Positions 1 to 6,896 of a DNA stretch of 64,000 bases are shown piece after piece. Source of the DNA: a virus. The stretch is from positions 1 through 64,000 of the IMG/VR virus record IMGVR_UViG_3300046810_000256; one strand, written 5' to 3'. The notes beneath the pieces are model-generated. The model had not been told where the DNA came from. It did not search any database and saw nothing but the letters and a program-made list of their open reading frames with translations. How positions within the stretch are numbered: the first letter of the stretch is position 1; every line of letters starts with the position of its first letter. Both the position numbers and the translations under genes were made by a program.

Positions 1-262
1 CCACGGACTGGATCAACTGCCCCTTCAGATGCTCCTGATAGAACTGCCGCGCCTTCTCAAACGCGACTTGGCCAGCCTCCGCGTCTGGCTTCTGTGGCTG
101 GCCCAGCAGTGCGCGAATCGCCAGCCCGCGCGTGCTGGCGCGAATCTTCTCGATGGGCGACAGCGATTCACCGGTCAACCCGGCCCGGATCTGCAATAGC
201 TCAGCGCTCAGGCGTGCCCGCTCAATCGGCGACAGCACGCCCGGTTGGCTCAAGTCACTCAT
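1..262 (-). CDS. Partial virion-associated/polyvalent protein (runs off the left edge)
   Basis: ATG at 262 overlaps the stop of the 774-aa gene and the frame is open to position 1 (MSDLSQPGVLSPIERARLSAELLQIRAGLTG...). The N-terminus resembles that of the 774-aa protein. Confidence 0.75.
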   Translation of the reverse strand, partial: MSDLSQPGVLSPIERARLSAELLQIRAGLTGESLSPIEKIRASTRGLAIRALLGQPQKPDAEAGQVAFEKARQFYQEHLKGQLIQSV

Positions 263-2579
263 CAAAACCCCCAAAAATCGAATCCAGCAATGCGGTGTTG
301 GCCAGCGCCTTCTCAAAGGTCTTGCCGTCGCGCAGCGTCTTGAAAAGCGCGTCGAACGCGGCGCCGATGCGCGCGCGCTCTTCTCCCTCCGGATAAGGCT
401 TGAATGGCAGGCCTTGCTCGGGGAAGTAGTGGTGTTTGTTGTCAGCCAGGCAGCTTAGGTAATCGTTCTGGCGATCCATGGCCGTCAGCTTGTCTTCCAG
501 ATAGGACTGGAACGCCCGCGCCGCCATTTCAGGGGTCGATGACCAGTATTTGCCTTCCTTGGAGTTGTCCAGCAGTGCCGCTTCGGCCATGTAGCGGGAG
601 ACGCCTTTTCCGGTGTTCAGGCGAACTTCTGTGGTGCCTTCTGGCGAGAAATACGCGGCGGCGATGGTGCGCCAGTTCTTTTTGTACTTGAGCGACCGGG
701 CGTCATTGCGCTTGCCAAAATAGGCGTCGACCGCCAGCACAGCCGCTTCAGCATTTCCGGCAGCCTTGATGCGTTGGGCAATGTCATTGCGCGGGGTGTC
801 GACGTTCAAGCGGGCATTGCCGAACGTGCGGGGCGTGAACTTGATTGTCTCGGGTAGCCGGTGATCGCCTTCGGTCAGTGCCTGCTTGAGCCCAACAAAG
901 GCGTTTCGGATTGGCCCCTCCGGCAGCAGATCGGGCTTTTCGACTCCAAACTCATCAGCTGCGCCCGCCTCGCCGCGTAGCAAGCCCGGCAGGATGTTGT
1001 CCATCGCGTGGAAGTGCTCGTGACCCAAGCCACCGCCGCCGTTCATTTTGGTGATGTTGATCGCACGTAGCACCGGTTCGTACTGCGCAGTGGCGGCGCC
1101 CTTCCCGCCCTTGCCACGGGCGCCGAACGCCAGCCCCAGGCGCCCATCGAAACCCAGGTGCTTCTCGTCGATGCCGAGGACGTCGGCCATGTCCATCATG
1201 GCGCCCGCTGACTGCTCTACGTGCCATTTGGAGCTGTCGCGGTCATCCAGTACCCAGTTGCCAGACTGCACCGCCCGGAAGCCGCACAGCTGCTGCAACG
1301 AGCGCGTAGAGTTGACGGCCACCGGACGCCCGCCTTTGCGGTCGAACTTGTCCACCACCTTGAGCGCGAAGGTCTGGCGCTTTTTGGTCGGTGCCTTGGG
1401 CGCGCCCTCGATCACGTCGCCGCCCTTCTTGTCCGCCCACTCCCATTCCTTCGGGTCACCGGTCAGTGCGTTGGACACATGCCGGGCGAACGTCTCAGAA
1501 CCCGAACGGCTGCGGAACATCAGCGCTTTGACGAACTTATCGCCCATGGACATCCATGCGCGATTGACTGGCGAGTTCAGGTTGCGGGCCTTGGCCACGC
1601 CCATGATCTCGGCCCGCTCCTGATAGAGCGCGGTGCGCGCCGCCGTCAGCTGCTCAATGGCGGGCTTGTTCTTCTCCAGAAGAGCGGCCCACGCTTTCAT
1701 CGCCTCGTTGTAGGCTTTCTTGGCGTCACGCGCCGCTTGCTCGTGTTCCGGACGAATGCCCCAGCCACGGCTCACACGGTTTTCGAGGTCGCGCTGCGCC
1801 TTGTTGTTCTGGCTGCTCGCCGTGTACATGGCGGTTTGCAGAGTGTTCTGATCGGCTTCCAGCGTGCGGATCTGCTCCGTCATGCCTCGGGCGCGGTCAG
1901 TAACGTCGCCGTAGCGCTCCGCTTCGTCCGCATCCAGCTGCGAGCCCAGCAGCTCGTCGCGGATCTCGTCCAGGGTGGCCACAACCTCTTTCGGGGTCTG
2001 GCACAGCTCCAGGCGCGTGCGCAGCGTCTCCAGACCCAGCACGTAGGCACGGCGCGCCGCCGGGCTGTCTTCGGTCGGTTCCTTGGCAATGGCGGCGTAA
2101 ACACGATCCATCAGGAACGCGGCGGCGGGCTCGGTACCGCCTGCTTTCATCGCATCCCAGTCGACCACGCCGAACAGGTTGGACTTGACCACCAGCGCAC
2201 GCGCTTCGCGTGGCGTTTCTTCAATGGCGTCGAAGTCGATATCGGTAGCGCGCAGCATGCGGCCTTCGGCGCGGGCTTTGCGGATCGCGCCCGCGGCCTC
2301 TTCTTTGCGGCTACCGGGGATATAACCGACGTCGGCATAGCGGTAGTTGGGACTGTTGGGATCGTCGCTCAGGCCGTCGTCTGCGGCTTGCTCAGCGGCA
2401 GTCACCGGGTCGACTTCCGGCGCCGACACCGGCTTACCGGTCAGTTTGCTGCGGATGGCGAGCGCTTCGGCGCTGGCGCGGACTTTCTCAAGTGCCTTGA
2501 GCGCACCGCTGATCAACATCTGGCGCAGGGCCAGAAGCCGCGAACTCAGGCGGGCTTTCTCGATGGGGGAAATTTGCAT
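255..2579 (-). CDS. Large polyvalent protein with zincin-like HExxH motif and C-terminal LPD1 domain (DdrB-like, probably packaged)
   Basis: LGHEHFHAMDN metallopeptidase motif. YWSSTPEMAARAFQSYLEDKL...NDYLS...PYPEGEER..I..AFDALF matches the LPD1 pattern. Late promoter upstream. Confidence 0.7.
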   Translation of the reverse strand: MQISPIEKARLSSRLLALRQMLISGALKALEKVRASAEALAIRSKLTGKPVSAPEVDPVTAAEQAADDGLSDDPNSPNYRYADVGYIPGSRKEEAAGAIRKARAEGRMLRATDIDFDAIEETPREARALVVKSNLFGVVDWDAMKAGGTEPAAAFLMDRVYAAIAKEPTEDSPAARRAYVLGLETLRTRLELCQTPKEVVATLDEIRDELLGSQLDADEAERYGDVTDRARGMTEQIRTLEADQNTLQTAMYTASSQNNKAQRDLENRVSRGWGIRPEHEQAARDAKKAYNEAMKAWAALLEKNKPAIEQLTAARTALYQERAEIMGVAKARNLNSPVNRAWMSMGDKFVKALMFRSRSGSETFARHVSNALTGDPKEWEWADKKGGDVIEGAPKAPTKKRQTFALKVVDKFDRKGGRPVAVNSTRSLQQLCGFRAVQSGNWVLDDRDSSKWHVEQSAGAMMDMADVLGIDEKHLGFDGRLGLAFGARGKGGKGAATAQYEPVLRAINITKMNGGGGLGHEHFHAMDNILPGLLRGEAGAADEFGVEKPDLLPEGPIRNAFVGLKQALTEGDHRLPETIKFTPRTFGNARLNVDTPRNDIAQRIKAAGNAEAAVLAVDAYFGKRNDARSLKYKKNWRTIAAAYFSPEGTTEVRLNTGKGVSRYMAEAALLDNSKEGKYWSSTPEMAARAFQSYLEDKLTAMDRQNDYLSCLADNKHHYFPEQGLPFKPYPEGEERARIGAAFDALFKTLRDGKTFEKALANTALLDSIFGGFDE

Positions 2580-2610
2580 GGTGTACAGGCCTGATCATTT
2601 GCAGGCCCGT

Positions 2611-2651
2611 ATTTTGGGGCGCCAACGGTGGGCGCCCCGGAGGGTATTTGC
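2611..2651 (-). promoter_or_regulatory. Late promoter motif (GCAAATA-N28-CAAAAT)
   Basis: One of nine sites with identical 28-nt spacing. Confidence 0.6.
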
Positions 2652-2672
2652 GTGATTACGGGGTGTGGACGA

Positions 2673-3077
2673 TCAAACCTCACCAGCAACGAAATGCGGC
2701 GCGCCGTCGACGTCCTTGACCACGCCAGCCGCATACAGCACCAGCTCAATGCGGCGGGCGGCGGATCCTTGCACGAACGCAGCAATGGCGCTCATGTCGG
2801 CCCGGCCACCTTCAGGCAACACGGTTTTGTAGAAAGACTCCCAGGCCTTGGCCAGCGCCCCACGCACGTCCGAGTAGGTCGAAACAGCAAAGCGGCGCTT
2901 GAACACGCCCCCGCCGATATCGACCGTGTGCAGGTGCGTGTAGCCCTTCTGGCTTCCATCGTCATCCAGGCAACGGATGCAGCCGCACGGCCCGGCGACA
3001 AAAGCGCCCATCAGGCAGTCGGCGAAGGCCAGCACAGGCTTGAGGAATAGGCGCTTGTCATCTTCGAACAAATCCAC
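2673..3077 (-). CDS. Hypothetical protein
   Basis: 134-aa ORF directly after the par genes with GGAG RBS. Confidence 0.6.
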   Translation of the reverse strand: MDLFEDDKRLFLKPVLAFADCLMGAFVAGPCGCIRCLDDDGSQKGYTHLHTVDIGGGVFKRRFAVSTYSDVRGALAKAWESFYKTVLPEGGRADMSAIAAFVQGSAARRIELVLYAAGVVKDVDGAPHFVAGEV

Positions 3078-3080
3078 GGC

Positions 3081-3449
3081 TTACTCCTTGTTTTCGGCGG
3101 CCTTGGCTTCTTTCTCTTCGAGCGCATCCAGCGCATTGCCCAGCAGCTCGTGCAACACCTTAATGCCGCGCTCTTCTGCCATGCGGTAGTACCGATCATG
3201 CATCGGAATAGGGATCTTGATGTTCAGCTGCTTTTTCGGCTCCGCGGCGTTGAAACGCTTTGTTTTCGCGGTCTGCTCGGGCTTGGCTTCGCGGGAATGG
3301 AAGCCGTTATCTTTAGCTACCTGCGAGATATCTTGTTCTATCTCTTTGGTAACTACTGGCGCAGCAGTAGCGGATTTGGGCTTGAAGTCGTCGAGCATTG
3401 CAAAGGCATTCGCGGCCTCGGTTGGTTCTTTTGGTTGATCTCCGCTCAC
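3081..3449 (-). CDS. Ribbon-helix-helix centromere-binding partition protein (type Ib, ParG-like)
   Basis: C-terminal KQLNIKIPIPMHDRYYRMAEERGIKVLHELL RHH pattern after a flexible N-terminus; overlaps the parA stop. Confidence 0.75.
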   Translation of the reverse strand: MSGDQPKEPTEAANAFAMLDDFKPKSATAAPVVTKEIEQDISQVAKDNGFHSREAKPEQTAKTKRFNAAEPKKQLNIKIPIPMHDRYYRMAEERGIKVLHELLGNALDALEEKEAKAAENKE

Positions 3450-4150
3450 GATGCGGGCTCCTGAATAGATTTGAGTTTCATCAGCAGTTCAGCGGTTACG
3501 GCTTCAGCGTTGACGATTGCGGTTGCAACGCCTGGAACAAGCGCCGGATCCAGAGTTTCCAGCGGGCGCTGGTACTTGAACATCGACTTGAAAGCATCGC
3601 GATCTTTCATTTCTGTTTCGAACATCGGAATTTCAAGCTTTTGCAGATCCTCGCGCAGCCCTGCGGTATTGCGAGTTTCGTAGGCAGCGGAGGTACAGGT
3701 GAACAGGATGGAGTAAGGCAGGCTGTAGTTCGGTACGTGACGGCGAACTGCTTTTTCCTGATCCGTAACCAGCTTGATTGCCTTGCCTGCCTCTTTGGCA
3801 TCCAGATGCGAGCCACGCATAGGGATCAACACGTAATCCGCCTGTTGAAGCGCGTTGACCACGATCTTCGCCGCGGTGCCCTCCAGATCCACCAGAACGA
3901 ACGGCACTTTCTCCGCCGCCTCACGGATCTTGTCACCGATGTTGTCCTCGTTGACGTCCGGAATGATCAGCAGGTTGTCCGGGCAGTGGCCACCAGATGC
4001 AAAATCCTTGAGCGGGTTGTTTGGGTCAGCATCCAGCAAAGCCACTTGGGCGCCCTTCTTGGCCAGTTGCAGCGCCAAATTGAGCATGGTCGTTGTTTTC
4101 CCTGCGCCGCCCTTGGGGCTCACTGCAACTGTTGTAGGCATATCCGACAC
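3446..4150 (-). CDS. parA: ParA/ParF Walker-type partition ATPase
   Basis: Deviant Walker A SPKGGAGKTT, LLDADPN, VLVDLEG; short type Ib length. Confidence 0.92.
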   Translation of the reverse strand: MSDMPTTVAVSPKGGAGKTTTMLNLALQLAKKGAQVALLDADPNNPLKDFASGGHCPDNLLIIPDVNEDNIGDKIREAAEKVPFVLVDLEGTAAKIVVNALQQADYVLIPMRGSHLDAKEAGKAIKLVTDQEKAVRRHVPNYSLPYSILFTCTSAAYETRNTAGLREDLQKLEIPMFETEMKDRDAFKSMFKYQRPLETLDPALVPGVATAIVNAEAVTAELLMKLKSIQEPAS

Positions 4151-4220
4151 CTTAAATAGAAGAAGATAGAAAGAGTTATCTCTCGATACTGCGAGGTACG
4201 ACTGTATATCCCTACCAATC

Positions 4221-4377
4221 TGGTATCAATGGATATCTTTAGATATCCATAAATATTATTGGTTATATCTTGGTATCACTTGATTTCTTTTTTCTGCCTA
4301 CCTTGTGATATCAGTGGATATCTCTCGGTATCCGCTGCCCTGCAATGGCTGGATATCGCTTAGTACTAATTCGTATC
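4221..4377. repeat. Centromere-like (parS) array of G(A/G)TATC units in 10-bp phase upstream of parA
   Basis: tggtatc 4221, ggatatc 4231, agatatc 4241, tggtatc 4271, tgatttc 4281; tgatatc 4306, ggatatc 4316, cggtatc 4326, ggatatc 4351. Confidence 0.7.
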
Positions 4378-4393
4378 TTTTGTTAGCCCATGA

Positions 4394-4418
4394 AAAAGCC
4401 CGCACGCGGCGGGCCTTT
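4394..4418 (-). terminator. Intrinsic terminator
   Basis: aaaaagcccgc-acgcg-gcgggccttt hairpin; a nearly identical copy is at 48961. Confidence 0.7.
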
Positions 4419-4431
4419 GAGGGGAGGTCGG

Positions 4432-4659
4432 TCATTCAGCGTCAGCGAATGCTGCCAAGCACTCAAGCGCGTATTGCGCCGGGTATGACCATTGGTGCGT
4501 GCCTGCTATCCAGTTCTTGAGCGTGGCGTGCGACACGCCGACACGAGCAGCACAAGCGCGCTGACTCATGCCGGTACGCTTGATCACCTGGGAGACGTAA
4601 GCGGCGTCGGTGTTGTGCTGTGAGGCGTCTGGCGGATTGAGCTTGATTGTGCGTGCCAT
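4432..4659 (-). CDS. Small XRE-type HTH regulator
   Basis: GMSQRACAARVGVSHATLKNW HTH; last gene of the small-gene operon. Confidence 0.75.
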   Translation of the reverse strand: MARTIKLNPPDASQHNTDAAYVSQVIKRTGMSQRACAARVGVSHATLKNWIAGTHQWSYPAQYALECLAAFADAE

Positions 4660-4664
4660 GCTTC

Positions 4665-4880
4665 TCAATCGGCCTTCTTGATCTGGTCGGTAATATCCTT
4701 ATGGCATGACGCACAGTAGCGACGTTCGCCGCCGCGCACTCGCTCCATGTTCGATGCATCTACAGCGGTACCATCGACTTCGAACAGCTGAACGTACTTA
4801 CACACGCGCTTCTCATACCACCCGGACAGCTCGCCACATCGTGGACAGGGCTCAACCTGTTTCAACATTCGTAAATCCAT
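4665..4880 (-). CDS. Small zinc-ribbon protein
   Basis: CPRC...CASC; GGAG RBS before ATG 4880. Confidence 0.55.
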   Translation of the reverse strand: MDLRMLKQVEPCPRCGELSGWYEKRVCKYVQLFEVDGTAVDASNMERVRGGERRYCASCHKDITDQIKKAD

Positions 4881-4947
4881 CGCCTGAATGCTCCTTGGGT
4901 AATAACAGCCCAACCCCCAATCAAGGGGGTGGGAATATGAACCTCGT

Positions 4948-5199
4948 TTACGCGCCTACAGCTTCTTCTACAACAGGAGTGCAGTGGTCAAGGCTGACAC
5001 AGCCGCTCTTACCCTCCAGCCAGATGACAGCACTATGCCCACTGAGCACCTGCGCTTCGGACTTGGACTTGCCGCGGAAAGTCTCGCCATCACCGCGGAT
5101 CTCTTCATAGGACACGGTGGTACCGACGCCGTGGGAGGCGTTCCATTCGGCACATTGTTTTTCGAGCTGGGCAAGGGTAGGGCGTTTAGGTGCTGGCAT
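4948..5199 (-). CDS. Hypothetical phage protein
   Basis: 83-aa ORF with AGGAG RBS. Confidence 0.6.
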   Translation of the reverse strand: MPAPKRPTLAQLEKQCAEWNASHGVGTTVSYEEIRGDGETFRGKSKSEAQVLSGHSAVIWLEGKSGCVSLDHCTPVVEEAVGA

Positions 5200-5219
5200 G
5201 GGTGAATCTCCTTTTGGTG

Positions 5220-5987
5220 TTAGGCGGCCAATTCGACCAGGGGTATACGGCTCATGTGCATGGTGTAACCGGTGTGTTTCTCAAGCTCGACGTATTGGGC
5301 GAACAGCTCCGGGCGCTGCTCTCGTCCGTTCCGCAAGTCTCGTTTGTTGGCCATGATGCAGAACACACAGCTCAGGCGATCATTGCCGAGCGCGTAGGCG
5401 TAGTGCGGCTCCTGGCCAGCCTGCTCGATGATCCCAAAAATCTCAGCCGACGACAGGTCGTGAACCGGCAACCATTCGTACCATGTGTTGACGCTGTTCG
5501 AATCGCGCTCATTTAGCCGAAGCGGCACCCGCTTCGCCCGTCCTGGCGACTCCTGAGCGCGCAAGCCGAGGCAGTTCACAATGACTTTGTATCCGTTGGC
5601 CTTGGCGTAGCGGCGAACCTCACGCTGAATCGGGCCGCGTTTCAGGTCGCTGGTGCATTGGCGGGTAGACGCGGATGGCCAGCTTGGAACCTCGGGGCGC
5701 CCCTCGAAACGCCGCGTCACCATTTCCAGCAACGTCTTGCTTGCGGTCGCCACGATGAACGGAAGGCCAGCTGCTGCCGCTTGGTCGCGTGCCAGCTCCA
5801 TTGCGCCAGGCCACTCCATTGCGCCCAGCGAGGCATGCACGACAACCATTTGCGCAGCCGGTACCCGCTCAAGCAAGCGGATCAGCTGCGCCTGCGAATC
5901 CTTGCCGCCCGAGTGATTGGCAACGAATAGCGCGCCTTCGGCTATCAGGCGGTCAATCTGGCTTGCATCGGCTTGAGTGCTATTCAT
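5220..5987 (-). CDS. PAPS-reductase-family (PP-loop) protein
   Basis: NHSGGKDS PP-loop, CTSDLK, GLRAQESPGR, RLSCVFC. Confidence 0.85.
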   Translation of the reverse strand: MNSTQADASQIDRLIAEGALFVANHSGGKDSQAQLIRLLERVPAAQMVVVHASLGAMEWPGAMELARDQAAAAGLPFIVATASKTLLEMVTRRFEGRPEVPSWPSASTRQCTSDLKRGPIQREVRRYAKANGYKVIVNCLGLRAQESPGRAKRVPLRLNERDSNSVNTWYEWLPVHDLSSAEIFGIIEQAGQEPHYAYALGNDRLSCVFCIMANKRDLRNGREQRPELFAQYVELEKHTGYTMHMSRIPLVELAA

Positions 5988-6012
5988 TTGTGGCGTCTCT
6001 GACTGAGTTTCT

Positions 6013-6046
6013 GTACTGGCGAAGCCCCAGTGAAGGGGCTTGAGGT
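6013..6046. repeat. Intergenic hairpin repeat copy 1
   Basis: 30/34 identical to 6296-6329; aagcccc-6nt-ggggctt stem. Confidence 0.75.
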
Positions 6047-6059
6047 AGGGCAGTGGCGG

Positions 6060-6269
6060 TCAGATGAACCGACGGTCAATCTCGTCCACGGCTGCGCGGT
6101 GTGCGGTTGCCCAGCCCTGCCTGTCAGAACAGTCAGCCATCAAGCGCAGATCTCTATCAGTCACCTCTTTGAAGGTGTAGTTATGGCCGGCCTCGATTGC
6201 ATAAATCATGCGCTGAACTTTGCTGTCTGCTGGGCAGCGGTCAAAGGCGCGCTGTGCTGGTGTGGTCAT
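6060..6269 (-). CDS. Hypothetical protein
   Basis: AGGAG RBS before ATG 6269; flanked by the two repeats. Confidence 0.55.
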   Translation of the reverse strand: MTTPAQRAFDRCPADSKVQRMIYAIEAGHNYTFKEVTDRDLRLMADCSDRQGWATAHRAAVDEIDRRFI

Positions 6270-6295
6270 GCTGACGTGCTCCTGGCTGGTATCTG

Positions 6296-6329
6296 GTACT
6301 GCCAAAGCCCCAATTAAGGGGCTTGAGGT
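6296..6329. repeat. Intergenic hairpin repeat copy 2
   Basis: gtactgccaaagccccaattaaggggcttgaggt. Confidence 0.75.
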
Positions 6330-6341
6330 GGGTGAGGTTGG

Positions 6342-6536
6342 TTAGGCCTTTAATGCGGCTTCGACCTTCGCAATCAGCGGCTTGATGCCGGAAGCGTAAG
6401 CAGCGTTCTCCCATGGCGCCTTTTGGTTTTTGCGAGTCTGGTACAAGGTCGGCTTGTTGCCCTTGACTACACGGCTATTGCCGAACTGCCAGACCATTTC
6501 GCTGCCGTTGTTGATGCTGTAGGTGGATGCGCTCAC
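6342..6536 (-). CDS. Hypothetical protein
   Basis: GGAG RBS before GTG 6536; first gene after the sigma70 promoter. Confidence 0.55.
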   Translation of the reverse strand: MSASTYSINNGSEMVWQFGNSRVVKGNKPTLYQTRKNQKAPWENAAYASGIKPLIAKVEAALKA

Positions 6537-6570
6537 TTCGTCTTGCTCCGTTTCCCGTTCAGATGCGCCC

Positions 6571-6599
6571 ACTTTATGGGCTAGTTTCTAGCCCGTCAA
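6571..6599 (-). promoter_or_regulatory. Sigma70 promoter TTGACG-N17-TAAAGT with overlapping palindromic operator
   Basis: Perfect palindrome GGGCTAG-ttt-CTAGCCC (6578-6594) fills the spacer. Confidence 0.7.
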
Positions 6600-6660
6600 G
6601 CACTTTCTGACATAACATCATAACAACATCTCCAGCAGCCTCACCTGCCTTATCGCGGAC

Positions 6661-6687
6661 AAAAAAAAGCCCGCTCGCAGGCGGGCT
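6661..6687 (-). terminator. Intrinsic terminator of the darA transcript
   Basis: agcccgc-6nt-gcgggct followed by a T run on the minus strand. Confidence 0.75.
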
Positions 6688-6753
6688 CTACTACTTTCTA
6701 GAATGTTCTACCAAAAGATATCTAGTGATAGATCATTCTAGAATCTTACATCT

Positions 6754-6894
6754 CTAGGCTGGAAGGCAGCGATTTTGTGCCGCTTCCCCGGCGTGCGGCG
6801 CCATCGGATCACACGCCGCCATCGCCACCTGGCATTGCAGCACCATTGCCAGCAGCGCCCCCAGCATCATCCGCTTCATCAACTTCTGGTTCAT
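6754..6894 (-). CDS. 46-aa putative secreted peptide (below the ORF-track cutoff)
   Basis: MNQKLMKRMMLGALLAMVLQCQVAMA-ACDPMAPHAGEAAQNRCLPA; GGAGG RBS; starts 2 nt after the darA stop. Confidence 0.55.
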   Translation of the reverse strand: MNQKLMKRMMLGALLAMVLQCQVAMAACDPMAPHAGEAAQNRCLPA

Positions 6895-6896
6895 GG

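Noticed and set aside
1221-2594. 457-aa plus-strand ORF (and similar long plus-strand ORFs at 6777-8558, 9126-10301, 31938-33290, 33343-34593)
   Set aside because: Antisense shadows of well-supported minus-strand genes in high-GC DNA; no motifs or evident RBS
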